Source: an uncultured Methanoregulaceae archaeon (GTDB lineage: Archaea; Halobacteriota; Methanomicrobia; Methanomicrobiales; Methanospirillaceae). From it: DNA of 64,000 nucleotides. Position 1 is the first letter of the stretch. Each line of letters opens with the position of its first letter. The notes under the pieces are model-generated. The model was given only the letters and a program-made list of their open reading frames with translations. It was not told the DNA's origin and made no database searches. The translations under genes and the position numbers were made by a program. The stretch is from positions 2,080,001 through 2,144,000 of the forward strand of contig OY970343.1 of assembly GCA_963717525.1 (NCBI GenBank), given 5' to 3'. Below are positions 49,701 to 60,139 of the stretch, in pieces.

Positions 49701-50705
49701 ATGGACCCGGCAATTACAGATACCATCATGTTCCTTGCGGCAGGGATTTTTGCCGCAGTCGTTGTTCATTTTGTCTTTATCTTCCTCAAGAAGCAGGCAG
49801 AGAAGACAGAGACAATGATGGATGATCTTGTGGTGCACTCACTTGGCGCACCGCTCACGATACTCGCATTTTTCATTCCTTTTTTCTTTGCGATCCATCA
49901 CCTGATCGACCTCTATCCTCAGTACCAATGGCTTCGGGATGCGAATGTCCTTTTATCCGGGTATGTGATCATCGGAACATGGATTGCCGCAACATTTCTC
50001 GACGATTTTCTGCGGATCTACGGAAAGGCGCTTGCCGAAAAAACCGAGACCGATATCGATGACCAGATCGTGGAAATTCTCCAGAAAATCGGGAAGTACA
50101 TCATCTGGTTTACCGGTATCCTCTACATCCTTACCCTGTACAATATTAATATTACACCGCTTATTGCCGGCGCAGGAATCGTCGGCATTGCCATCGCCCT
50201 TGCCGCGCAGGATCTCTTCTCGAACTTCTTTGGTGGAGCGGTTATCATCACCGACCAGCCGTTCAAGGTGGGGGACCGGGTACTGATCAACGATGTTCTC
50301 GGGGACGTGACTCATATCGGTCCCCGGAGCACCCGTATCATAACACTCGATTCAGATGTCGTGACCATACCCAATACCAAGATTGCAACGAGTGTGGTCC
50401 ATAATTATTCCCTACCAAACCCTCAGGTCAGGATCCAGATCCCGGTAACGGTCCCGAATTCTCTGGATATCTCTCTGGTCAAAAAGGTGCTACAAGAGAT
50501 CTCTGATGAGGCGGTAAAGAACCGCCACGATATCATTGCTCACGATCCATCCCCGACAATATATCTCATGAATATGGACAAATCAACAATTACATTCCAG
50601 ATTACCGTCTTTGCAGCCGGTTTCCAGTATGGCAACATTATCCGGGACTACATGAATGTCCAGATCATCGAACGATTCCGGAAAGAAGCGATCCTTATTG
50701 CCTGA
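49701..50705 (+). CDS. mscS: Small-conductance mechanosensitive channel (MscS family)
   Basis: GAGIVGIAIALAAQDLFSNFFGG, PFKVGD, RSTRI, TIPN. Start is 49683 or 49701. Confidence 0.93.
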   Translation: MDPAITDTIMFLAAGIFAAVVVHFVFIFLKKQAEKTETMMDDLVVHSLGAPLTILAFFIPFFFAIHHLIDLYPQYQWLRDANVLLSGYVIIGTWIAATFLDDFLRIYGKALAEKTETDIDDQIVEILQKIGKYIIWFTGILYILTLYNINITPLIAGAGIVGIAIALAAQDLFSNFFGGAVIITDQPFKVGDRVLINDVLGDVTHIGPRSTRIITLDSDVVTIPNTKIATSVVHNYSLPNPQVRIQIPVTVPNSLDISLVKKVLQEISDEAVKNRHDIIAHDPSPTIYLMNMDKSTITFQITVFAAGFQYGNIIRDYMNVQIIERFRKEAILIA

Positions 50706-50833
50706 TAAAGGCCAACACCTCATCCCCCGGTTTTAAACCAATTTCTTTAAAAAGCTAAAAGGAGAAACGGAGAGAATAGCCGGAACGGGTCCTCTTGCAT
50801 AAGCGCCCGGGATTATTCTGGATCAGGGAAACA

Positions 50834-52357
50834 ATGAGATTTTTCACGTGCATCCTGCTCGTCGCCGTCCTCGGTACTGCACTCCTGCTCACCAGCGTTG
50901 CTGCGGATACAACGGCGGGGAACGGCAGTGGTTATATCACGGTTATCAACCTGCCGGTAGCCGGTTTTTACACCAGTATCCGGTACGGCCCGCCTCCGTT
51001 TACGGTCAGTTTTGCCGATACATCCCAGGGTTTCCAGCCCATGACCTATCACTGGGACTTTGGCGACGGCACAAACTCGGCGATGCAGAACCCGACGCAT
51101 ACCTATCTTTCCAGCGGTGAATATACCGTCAGTCTGACCGTGACCAACCAGTTCGGTTCGGGTACCAGAACGGTTGCGGATTTCATCTGGGCAGGTTACC
51201 CCCCCGAAGCGAACTTTTCCGCTTTACCCTCAGAAGGAATTATCCCGCTCACGGTCGCATTTACGGATCTTTCAAAGAACACGCCCGCTGACTGGACGTG
51301 GGACTTTGGCGACGGCACCACCTCCTCGGAACAGAACCCGGTTCATACCTATACTCAGACCGGCATCTATGATGTCAGGTTAAAAGTGAGCAGCGACTTT
51401 GGCAGTGACGCGCTCTCCCGGACACATTACATCAATGCAAGCCTTCCGGCCCCGGTTCCGGTCCCCGTCCCGGTAACCCCGGTGAAGGCTCATGCCGGCG
51501 GGATCGTCGGCCTGATCCAGGATGCAAAAGGCACTACCGATAAGAACCTCCCCACTGCAGCATTTATCCCGCCGCAGTTTATGGCCCTCGCTGCGGTGCT
51601 GACGAGCCTTGCCGTGGTATTCATACAGTTCCTCCTTGTCCATATCGGTTCCCTTGCCCAGCTTGGTGCAAAAGTGGCCAAGTTCTTTGCCGATCTTGCC
51701 GGAGGCCATGCAATCGAGAAGATCAGTGACAAAGAGATTGAAGCCCGGGAGATCAAAGCAGAGAGACGGGAACGACCGTTCTTCGGTCTTTCTGCCGTCG
51801 AGATCCTTGTCCTTGAGGCCGCCGTCATTATGGTGGCAGTGGCCTTCCTGCTCGCCGATCGAGCTGCCCTGACCCTGCAGATGGTACTTATCTACATTCT
51901 TGTCGGTGCGGTATCGGTCATACTGCACGATTTTGCCCACCGGTATTTCGCAAACCGATACGGCCATGACACCGATATCCAGTTCTGGGGCCTTGGCACC
52001 GTCATCATGTTCCTGACTGCCTGGCTCTACGGAAATGCATTTGCCCAGTCCTACCGGAACATCGTGGAACGGGATGAGGATGCGGAGGAGACACGCGAGC
52101 TGGGAATCGAGATGGTCGCAGGACCTGTTATCAGTATCGTCCTGACGCTGGTCTTCCTGTTCATGGTACAATTTGGAGGGATCTGGGCAATCGCCGGCGG
52201 CCTGGGCTTTTCCATCAACCTCATCACCGCGGTCTACAGCCTGATACCCATCTCCACGATGGACGGAAGTGCCATCTGGAAGTGGAACCGCGCCCTCTAC
52301 CTCGTGCTGTTCATTCCGCTGGTTGCGTTTTATTTCTTTACGTATATGCTCGTGTGA
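50834..52357 (+). CDS. Two PKD domains fused to a C-terminal peptidase M50 (site-2 protease)-like membrane domain
   Basis: Signal peptide, WDFGDG...QNP.HTY twice, then HDFAH, AGP and SLIPISTMDG. Confidence 0.82.
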   Translation: MRFFTCILLVAVLGTALLLTSVAADTTAGNGSGYITVINLPVAGFYTSIRYGPPPFTVSFADTSQGFQPMTYHWDFGDGTNSAMQNPTHTYLSSGEYTVSLTVTNQFGSGTRTVADFIWAGYPPEANFSALPSEGIIPLTVAFTDLSKNTPADWTWDFGDGTTSSEQNPVHTYTQTGIYDVRLKVSSDFGSDALSRTHYINASLPAPVPVPVPVTPVKAHAGGIVGLIQDAKGTTDKNLPTAAFIPPQFMALAAVLTSLAVVFIQFLLVHIGSLAQLGAKVAKFFADLAGGHAIEKISDKEIEAREIKAERRERPFFGLSAVEILVLEAAVIMVAVAFLLADRAALTLQMVLIYILVGAVSVILHDFAHRYFANRYGHDTDIQFWGLGTVIMFLTAWLYGNAFAQSYRNIVERDEDAEETRELGIEMVAGPVISIVLTLVFLFMVQFGGIWAIAGGLGFSINLITAVYSLIPISTMDGSAIWKWNRALYLVLFIPLVAFYFFTYMLV

Positions 52358-52396
52358 TGTCGGTCACCATCATATCAGGGAATATGAGGAATAGTG

Positions 52397-53134
52397 TTAC
52401 GATGAGAGTACAGCCTGGATAGTCCAGGGGCCACCTGCATTCACATCGAGATAATACTTTCCCGCGTTCAGTTTCTGGGTACTTATCACGGAACTGGTGC
52501 CGATCTTGTTTGCAAGGAGCGCGACACGGCTGCCCACGCTGTCCGTGAGCCAGACGATGAAATTACTCTGGCCGGAGTAGTCCAGGGTAAATACCCACAG
52601 GCCGGTCCCGCTTGCGGTGAAGGGAACCACCATGCTCCCGTTCCCGGCAAAGGCCGCTGTTGAAGCACTCGTCGTTCCCTGGTAGAGCGAGTATATGATG
52701 CCGGAGGCCGATTGTTTGGTTAAGGTGTTGGATGCCGGGGAGTAGACCCAGATAGTCTTATCCCCATTGTCCCGGGTCACGAGGTACAGGTTGTTTCCCG
52801 CTGGCTGCCACGTCCCGTTGTACATGAACCCGGGCTGGTTTGCATAGGTCTCCTGCGTCGTCCCATCCAGTCCGAACACGATTCTGAACTGGTACGCGGG
52901 CCCCGGGCTCCTCCACGTCCCGACGATGGGATCGAGGGAGAGCGAGGCCGGCAGGGAGCGGGATGATGACATCGAAATGGCATCAGGAGTAGCCGAAGGG
53001 GCGAGGACGGATACCTCTGCAGTTCCGGCTCCCATGCACCCCGCAGTAAGAATAACGCCGATACAGAGAACGGCGAGCCAGACCGGCCCGGCCGCCCGCA
53101 GGTTCCGGAGCGGGTGCTCATGTGGTTTGGTCAT
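52397..53134 (-). CDS. Putative lipoprotein-like surface protein
   Basis: Hydrophobic stretch ending LTAGC, IVGTW repeat-like domain, beta-rich C-terminus. Confidence 0.75.
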   Translation of the reverse strand: MTKPHEHPLRNLRAAGPVWLAVLCIGVILTAGCMGAGTAEVSVLAPSATPDAISMSSSRSLPASLSLDPIVGTWRSPGPAYQFRIVFGLDGTTQETYANQPGFMYNGTWQPAGNNLYLVTRDNGDKTIWVYSPASNTLTKQSASGIIYSLYQGTTSASTAAFAGNGSMVVPFTASGTGLWVFTLDYSGQSNFIVWLTDSVGSRVALLANKIGTSSVISTQKLNAGKYYLDVNAGGPWTIQAVLSS

Positions 53135-53345
53135 TCCCGGGTTACTACTCCCTTTGTAAGCAGATACGTTGTCGCCCGGGCTTTTGAGTACTTTCCGGTG
53201 ATGTAACCTCGAGGTTATATCAATGAAACCAGCGGTTATCCCTGATCCGGGGCGAATGTAACGAAATGGTGGGCATTTTTGCTCACCGATAGTGCGCTAT
53301 GCCGGAATGGGCAGCCTTTTGTAGGTGCGCCGGCAACCAAACCGT

Positions 53346-54247
53346 GTGGACTCCCTTACCCATGCGCTGATCGCCGCGATCCTTGCGTACGCGCTCGGCT
53401 TTCCGCAGCTCCTGCCATTTGTGGTACTTGGAGCAGTCATCATCGATGCCGACATCCTCTTCTCGCTCCTCTCCCGCCACCACCCTTCGCTCTACCTCTT
53501 CATCCACGGCGGGATAGCCCACAGCTTCGCGGGCGCAGTCGTGATGGCCGTCCTCGCGTATGCCGGTATCGCGCTCGTCACTCTCACCGGGTTCATAAGC
53601 CCGGCCCAATCATGGGCGCCGGGCCGCTGGCTTTGCGGCTGTGCTGGCCGGTGCATTCCTGCACCTCGCTATGGACCTCCCGGCAACCCCAGGCATCCCG
53701 CTTCTTGCCCCGTTATCTGACCGGAAATACGCATTTTTCGTTCTTCCGGGCCCGAGCATTTTCCTGATGGCGTTAAGCCTCTTCTTTGTGATTTGGATGG
53801 CGCTGGGCGTTGTCACGCTCGCTGAAGGGATGGTGGTGTACGTGGTGATCTTCTGCTCATTCCTGCTCGTCCGGGTGATAGCGTTTTGTGCATCCCGCCC
53901 GGCACTCCGCGGTGCAACGCGTGCGATCCCCCAGGTAAATCCTCTCCGGTGGCTTGCGTTGTATGATACCGGTGATATGTGGACGGTTCAGGAATACCGG
54001 GTCGGCTCGGGGTTTTCCGGGCGTACAGGTCTATCCCAGATTCAAACACACGTCCAAGGAAGAGGTCGCCCCATACCTCGCACTTCCTGAAGTACAACGA
54101 CTGCGGTACCACTCCTCCATAGTGACTGCTGAGAGAGATGGCGACGCCATCACGTTTTCCGACCCGCTCCGGGTCTCGGGAAGGATCTTCTATCCCCCTC
54201 ACTACAAGCAGGTCCGGGTCGCAGCCGGAGATCTGGCATCTGGTTGA
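53346..54247 (+). CDS. Membrane-bound metal-dependent hydrolase (YdjM-like), two frameshifts (near 53621 and 54015)
   Basis: DSLTH, IDAD, HGGIAHS and LHLAMD motifs lie across three consecutive frames. Ends FSDPLR...YPP. Confidence 0.78.
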
Positions 54248-54352
54248 TCTTCGGGACAATGGGATGAAAAACACACCGGTATTTCCGGTTCCCTTTGGGA
54301 ATCGCCGTTCTTTTATACCGGTAACGCCGCACCTGTACCCGGGCATATACGC

Positions 54353-55183
54353 ATGGACAGGGCAGAATACGTCCACGGATATTCGGAAAGGGAAGCGGAA
54401 CGGCTGAGCGACCAGGCCCGCACCCTGACCTCCCTTCTCCACCACGACACCCGGTACCCTGCCGGGAGCCGCGTGCTCGAAGCCGGCTGCGGTACCGGCG
54501 CCCAGACGGTCATCCTTGCGCGGAACAGTCCCGGTGCGGAGATCACGTCAATAGATATCTCCCCCGGATCGATCCGGCATGCACAGGAACGGGTGCGGGC
54601 TGAGGGGATCACGAACGTGACGTTTCAGGCCGGGGATCTCTTCAGCCTCCCGTTTGCCCCGGCAAGTTTCGATCACATTTTCGTCTGCTTCGTGCTTGAA
54701 CACCTTCCCGATCCGAAAAGGGCGCTTACGTCCCTTCGCCCCCTCATCAGGCCGGGCGGCACAATCACCGTGATCGAAGGCGATCACGGGTCGGCATATT
54801 TCCATCCCGACAGCGCAGGGGCGCATAGGGCAATCCGGTGCCTGATCGATCTCCAGCGGGAGGCAGGGGGCAATGCACTCGTCGGCCGGGAACTCTGCCC
54901 GCTGCTTATTTCCGCCGGATACGCGGATGTGCAGGTCTCGCCCCGCATGGTGTATGTCGATGCGTCACGGCCGGTGCTCGTTGATGGGTTTACCCGTCAG
55001 ACCTTCACCGCGATGGTCGAAGGGGTCAGGGACACAGTGCTCGGGAGGGGCATGATGACAAAGGATGAATGGGAGAGGGCAATCGCGGACCTGTACCGCA
55101 CCTGCGAACCGGACGGTGTATTCTGTTATACCTTTTTCAAAGCTACCGGGACCGCTGCAGTACACAAAGATTGCCGCACCTGA
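54353..55183 (+). CDS. Class I SAM-dependent methyltransferase
   Basis: VLEAGCGTG, FDHIFVCFVLEHL, RPGG. Confidence 0.92.
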   Translation: MDRAEYVHGYSEREAERLSDQARTLTSLLHHDTRYPAGSRVLEAGCGTGAQTVILARNSPGAEITSIDISPGSIRHAQERVRAEGITNVTFQAGDLFSLPFAPASFDHIFVCFVLEHLPDPKRALTSLRPLIRPGGTITVIEGDHGSAYFHPDSAGAHRAIRCLIDLQREAGGNALVGRELCPLLISAGYADVQVSPRMVYVDASRPVLVDGFTRQTFTAMVEGVRDTVLGRGMMTKDEWERAIADLYRTCEPDGVFCYTFFKATGTAAVHKDCRT

Positions 55184-55333
55184 TTTTGGGGTATTGGATC
55201 TACCTTCATCTCTGGCTTGACGGGAACCATGGAAGGGCAGGTGCGGAGGATGGATACGCTGTTACCACATTCACCCCACCTGCCCACCGGTATAAATGGG
55301 CAGACGACCCACACGAATGAGGACAGTCACGTT

Positions 55334-55588
55334 ATGGACACTATCACGCTCGTCGGTTTTATTGCCGGGACACTCACGACGGTCGCTTACGTTCCGCAGG
55401 TTGTCCGGAGCTGGCGGCTCAGGGAGACAAGGGACATCTCGCTCTCCATGCTCGTGCTCTACGCAGCCGGGGTCTTTCTCTGGCTCGTGTACGGGGTCTG
55501 GGCAAACGCTCTCCCCATCATCGGGGCAAATGGCATCTCGCTTGTCCTGATCCTCGTCCTGCTCGGAATCAAGCTGCGGTACCGGTGA
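55334..55588 (+). CDS. SemiSWEET / PQ-loop (MtN3) transporter
   Basis: 84 aa, 3 TM segments, YVPQV, DISL, LWLVYG, PIIGAN. Confidence 0.9.
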   Translation: MDTITLVGFIAGTLTTVAYVPQVVRSWRLRETRDISLSMLVLYAAGVFLWLVYGVWANALPIIGANGISLVLILVLLGIKLRYR

Positions 55589-55639
55589 GGACGACAAAGA
55601 ACCGTCTTTTACGGCTTTTTTACGATTGAAAAAAGTGAT

Positions 55640-56329
55640 TTATTCCTGAAGGAGTACGACGCAGCCGGTGACCTTGTCATGGAGCCCCTGCCGCTTCTTC
55701 GTGAGACCAATAACCAGGATGTTTGCGATGATGAGGATCACGGCGATGATGATACCTGCCATAAGCACATTGATCAGATACCCCAGAAGAATGAAGATTG
55801 CCGGGATGAACACGAAAAAGAACAGAAGGCCGACAAACCGGAGCGTTGCCTGGGCAAAAGAGAGCCGATTGCCTTCAAGGTCAGTCACTTCGAGGCGCAT
55901 GAGGACTTTGCCCGGGGTGGCCTGTCCCCGCGAGGACTCAAAGCCTGCATAGTAAAGCCAGGGAACGACGATGACGAGAAGTCCGACCGCGGCAACGATC
56001 GGGCCAAGGGCCGCTATAGGTGTTCCCGCTTCGGTGAGGGAAGAGATCGGCGCGTGGGCAGCCACGATATAGTAGAGGTACATGATCCCGTTTGCCTGGT
56101 TGAAAAACGCAACCACGATGATGCCGAACAGGGCGATAAGGATAAAGTCGACGATAAATGCGACGAACCGCCGCCCGAGACCGGCGTACACCCCGATCTC
56201 GGGGGCTTCTTCAGCCTCGGGTGATGCCATGATTGCCGGCCCTTGGGGAACTGCATCTATCGGTGCCCCGCACCACTGGCAGAATTGTCCGGAAGCGTCA
56301 GTCTCTTTCCCACATTTTGGACAGAACAT
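55640..56329 (-). CDS. RDD family membrane protein with N-terminal zinc ribbon
   Basis: FCPKCG...FCQWCG, RRFVAFIVD, ATPGK, RQGLHDK. Confidence 0.9.
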   Translation of the reverse strand: MFCPKCGKETDASGQFCQWCGAPIDAVPQGPAIMASPEAEEAPEIGVYAGLGRRFVAFIVDFILIALFGIIVVAFFNQANGIMYLYYIVAAHAPISSLTEAGTPIAALGPIVAAVGLLVIVVPWLYYAGFESSRGQATPGKVLMRLEVTDLEGNRLSFAQATLRFVGLLFFFVFIPAIFILLGYLINVLMAGIIIAVILIIANILVIGLTKKRQGLHDKVTGCVVLLQE

Positions 56330-56537
56330 TCCTCTTACTCCTGATAGGTAAAGTTAATCCGGGTGTCCTTTTTAATTTAACTGTTCTTATTTCGATTTCC
56401 GGAGGATTTTTTCCAGATCCCTGCAGGAAAATGGCAGATCTTTTTCGTTCTGCACATTGGATGCCCGTCTTTTTGTATCCTGCCGGCAGAAAGGCATGAA
56501 CACAAACCAGAAATATTCCCGGATGAAAGGGTTATCC

Positions 56538-57065
56538 ATGAGATACCTGATCCCCGCTGCTGCCTGTAGTGCGCTTTTGTTCTGTGCGCTGTTTGCCGGG
56601 TGCACGAGCCCGACCCAGGCCCAGATCCAGCCGGTCGGAACCACCGTCATGACCCCGGTGCCGGAGAGCCCCCAAGAAACCGTCGCCCCCGTTGCCACCA
56701 CGTTTGAATCGATCGTCCCGCTTCCCGCAAACCAGATGATCTATCTCTCGCTGACCAAGGACCGGCCTACCGGCAATATCATTTTGCAATGCAGCGGAGG
56801 ACCCGGCATGAGCTCAGCCCAGGTCATTGATCTCACGGTCACCCGGGCAGACGGGACCGTGGAGGATAAGCAGCTGACGAATGCCAACGATGCCGGCCAG
56901 ATTTCCAGCGACGCCTCGATCACCCTGCCGGGCACGCTCGGCGGCACCGATCATGCCAAAGTGCATGTCACCATCGGGGGCAATGTCTTTCTGGTCATCG
57001 ACCAGACCCTGACCTCCACTAACCCCTACTCTTCTACGAACTCTTCCCTCAACTTCAACTCCTGA
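56538..57065 (+). CDS. Putative lipoprotein-like surface protein
   Basis: Signal peptide ending LFAGC, T/P-rich linker, beta-rich domain. Confidence 0.75.
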   Translation: MRYLIPAAACSALLFCALFAGCTSPTQAQIQPVGTTVMTPVPESPQETVAPVATTFESIVPLPANQMIYLSLTKDRPTGNIILQCSGGPGMSSAQVIDLTVTRADGTVEDKQLTNANDAGQISSDASITLPGTLGGTDHAKVHVTIGGNVFLVIDQTLTSTNPYSSTNSSLNFNS

Positions 57066-57086
57066 TCTTTTTTACCATCCCCCTGC

Positions 57087-58166
57087 TCATTTCCCTGACT
57101 GCTCCCGCCAGATCCGGCCGGCGTACTTCTGCATCCCGTACCCGAGCACGAGCACGGCAAGACCGATAGCACCAAGAACGACCCATTGCTCTGCGCCTGC
57201 CGCCCCGACCGAGAGCCGGGCAACCAGGTTGAGCGGGTTGTAGGGCAGGGCGAGAACGAAAAGCAGGATGACGACAAGAGCGGTTGAAAAGACGAACTGC
57301 GCTGCTGTCCGCTCCCGGTAGTGAAGGGCGCAGATGGCCCCAAGAAGGATCAGGAGTGATGAGGCGAGGGTGACGTGGAGAAGGATGAGGCCGGGGTTCG
57401 CGATGGCGATCCGGTTTGCAGAGAGGAGGAGGATCCATGCCCCTGCCTGGACCGGGACAAGGATGACACAGGTGAGCACCTTGCCCCAGACCATTTCCGC
57501 AAAGGTAACAGGTGTAGAAATGAGTGTCTCCAGCGTCCCGTGCTGGTACTCCTCGGTGACGAGATCGATGACGAGTGCCGCGGAGAGGATCCCCGGCAGG
57601 AAGACAAGGAGCGGAACCAGAAGACCGTACACGAACCCGAAGAAATCGCCGCTGCCGGCCGAGGCCGGGACCTGGAGCGGGATCGGTGTCACATCAAGAC
57701 GGCCGGCCCGGACCGTCCGCAGGTCCTGCTCGTACTGGAGAAAGACAGATTTCAGCCTCACGTCAACGACCGCTCCCTGGAGATCGTCTGTCAGAGTGTA
57801 GAGCGTAATCTTTACCGGGTCATCAGAATCGGGCCGGGTGTCCGGGACGTACAGGACCGCGGAGAGCCTGCGCTCTTTTAAGAGTTCGATCGCGGTCGAG
57901 AGGTCCATCTGGTGCACCCGCAGGGCCGTATTGCCCTCCAGGTACCCGAGAAGCGGGGTCTCGTTTCCCGCGTACGCGATGTCGTATCGGAAGTGGGAAT
58001 ATCCCGAGAGGGCTGCCGGGTCGTACATGGAGGTAAGCCCAACCATGAGAAACGATGAAAAGAGCGCGATGAAGACCTGGAGCAGGACGGCAAGGAGGAT
58101 CGTCTTTTCGGATGCGAGCCCGCGGAACTCTTTTTTTGCAACAACTGCGATGTGCCGGGCTTTCAT
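57087..58166 (-). CDS. ABC-2 type transporter permease
   Basis: VAKKEF N-terminus, EEYQHGTLETLISTPV...GK. ATGA overlap with the upstream gene. Confidence 0.9.
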   Translation of the reverse strand: MKARHIAVVAKKEFRGLASEKTILLAVLLQVFIALFSSFLMVGLTSMYDPAALSGYSHFRYDIAYAGNETPLLGYLEGNTALRVHQMDLSTAIELLKERRLSAVLYVPDTRPDSDDPVKITLYTLTDDLQGAVVDVRLKSVFLQYEQDLRTVRAGRLDVTPIPLQVPASAGSGDFFGFVYGLLVPLLVFLPGILSAALVIDLVTEEYQHGTLETLISTPVTFAEMVWGKVLTCVILVPVQAGAWILLLSANRIAIANPGLILLHVTLASSLLILLGAICALHYRERTAAQFVFSTALVVILLFVLALPYNPLNLVARLSVGAAGAEQWVVLGAIGLAVLVLGYGMQKYAGRIWREQSGK

Positions 58167-59968
58167 CGGATCCACCCCAGGATATACAGGTTATAGCAGC
58201 AGTGGAGCACGGTCGCGGCAATAAGGCCGGGCAGGAGCCCTTTTCTTCCTCCCGCCTTGAGCGAGCAGGCAACAATGAGGACACAGGCAAAGTGGAGCAG
58301 GAGGGGCATCCAGAGCACCCCCAGCGACAAAAAGAGGACACTCCCGAAGACGGATTCGGTGATCTGGGTAAGCGTTGCAAAGAGGAGCAGTTTTTCCCCC
58401 ACGAGGAACCCGATAGCTGTAGCGGCACAGGCCAGGATCAGGTTCTTCCACGAGAAGAAGGAAGGGTCCCGCACAAAGAGTGTGTAGATACCGGCCGTCT
58501 TTGCCATCTCCTCGATGAGCGCTGCAAGCACGAGCAGGAGCACGAGCGAGTACGGCATGGGCAGGTTGAAGAAGACGACAAGGCCCATCATCTGGGCCAT
58601 GAAAACAAACGGGATCGAGAAGACGGCAAGCAGAAAGAGCGCCGCATACGGGTGCTGCTGCGGGATTATGCCGGAAACGAACTCGCGGATCCGGGGCAGG
58701 AACTTCTTTTCGGAGAAGAGGCGTTCCTCGTTGAAATTCTGTGCCGCGATATAGAAGAGTACGGCAGCGGTCAGCCAGAAGAGTGCGGTGGCATAGACGT
58801 AATCCGAAACCGTCCAGGCGGTTCCCTGGATCGTGAGCACGATCAGCGTAAGCGGGGAGACGAGGCTTATCACGTGGACGTTTGCAAAGATGCTGGGGAA
58901 GAAGAGGTATGAGGTAGCAACGGTGGAAAAGAAGATGGAGATGAATGAGAGCTCCTTGAAACTCCGGGCGAGCATCCCGATGACAAGGGCGTTTGCGAGA
59001 AAGAAGATGATGATCGGGATGAGAGGCAGGAGGACAAGCGGCGAGGCCCTGATGTAGAGCGTGATCCCGGCGCAGATCGCAAGCATCCCGAGGAAGTACG
59101 GGAGCATCTTTCCGATAATGATGGACGAGGTCTTCACCGGCAGGGAGAGGAGGGGCTCACCCTGTCGTTCTATCCGCTCGTTCATGATGCTCATCATGAA
59201 AAATTGCGAGGTGAAGTAGAGCGGGAAGATGAAGACAAAGACGAGGATGATCGAATCGAAGGGAAGAGGTGGCGAGAGCTGGTCCGGGGTCACAAACGAT
59301 CCCATGGCGGCCTGCCCCGGGGAGAGCACATCCGTGTACCGGGAGACCTGGGTGTTCTCCTGCGACGATGTGGCCAGTTCCTGCCGGAGATTGTCCTGCG
59401 TGACGCCGAGCGTGGGTGAGGGTGTGGGGACGTTTTCTACGGGGCCCTGCGGTACCGGCGGTCCCCGCCCGGGCGCCACCTGGATAAACTGGCCGTTCTG
59501 GGGGGCAGAGAAGTTGAGCTCGCTCTCCACCGACTGGGTATCGATCCAGAGCGGGTACGCGGCAAAGAGGTCGCTCTCGTTCGCGTAGACGCTGTTTTTG
59601 TACTGCACATAGTCCCGTTCGAGAACGTTTTCCGCCGACAGCCCCTTTTCCGTCGGGCTTGCGGAGATGACACCTTTGATTATAACAAGATCGTACACCC
59701 CGTTGTTGCCGGCAAGTTCGGGATCGCTTGCCTGGTAAACCGTGAACCGTGCATCGGATGCAAAGATGGCGGCGACCTTGGGATCGTCGACACCGATCCG
59801 GTACATCCCGTCCTGGATATGCAGGCCGCTCTCCGCGGCAAAACCGGTGACAAGGATAAGGAGCACAAAAAGGACGATCGCGACCGGCAGGATATTACGC
59901 GACATGACCGAGAAAGTCTTTTTCACTTCCCAGCGTGCGATGGTCGCAATGTTCCTGCCTGCACTCAT
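58163..59968 (-). CDS. ABC-2 permease fused to a PrsW-family intramembrane metalloprotease
   Basis: Permease motifs IARWEV and NERIERQGEPLLSLP...GK. PrsW motifs EEMAK, GFLVGE, LHF, HCCYN. Confidence 0.85.
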   Translation of the reverse strand: MSAGRNIATIARWEVKKTFSVMSRNILPVAIVLFVLLILVTGFAAESGLHIQDGMYRIGVDDPKVAAIFASDARFTVYQASDPELAGNNGVYDLVIIKGVISASPTEKGLSAENVLERDYVQYKNSVYANESDLFAAYPLWIDTQSVESELNFSAPQNGQFIQVAPGRGPPVPQGPVENVPTPSPTLGVTQDNLRQELATSSQENTQVSRYTDVLSPGQAAMGSFVTPDQLSPPLPFDSIILVFVFIFPLYFTSQFFMMSIMNERIERQGEPLLSLPVKTSSIIIGKMLPYFLGMLAICAGITLYIRASPLVLLPLIPIIIFFLANALVIGMLARSFKELSFISIFFSTVATSYLFFPSIFANVHVISLVSPLTLIVLTIQGTAWTVSDYVYATALFWLTAAVLFYIAAQNFNEERLFSEKKFLPRIREFVSGIIPQQHPYAALFLLAVFSIPFVFMAQMMGLVVFFNLPMPYSLVLLLVLAALIEEMAKTAGIYTLFVRDPSFFSWKNLILACAATAIGFLVGEKLLLFATLTQITESVFGSVLFLSLGVLWMPLLLHFACVLIVACSLKAGGRKGLLPGLIAATVLHCCYNLYILGWIR

Positions 59969-60139
59969 GGCTGCACCTCCGGAAAACACCGTAGATAACC
60001 AATAGGTGTGGGGAACGGACTCAAATACTGATCGGTGTTAACACGACGGCGCTCTCCACCCTGCACTCATCCCAACGTATATGTCCCCCTCCCCTCAAGT
60101 CTACAGTACAACAAAAGGCCGGCCTTCCGGGGACCTGAC

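Noticed and set aside
49441..50705. Integrated island at tRNA-His (AT-richer flank and mscS)
   Set aside because: No integrase and no duplicated tRNA 3' end (att site) seen in the window.
10390..54020. Programmed frameshifting or true pseudogenisation as the cause of the split genes
   Set aside because: The sites share no slippery heptamer or common context, core genes are hit, and there is no other decay. Sequencing error is simpler.
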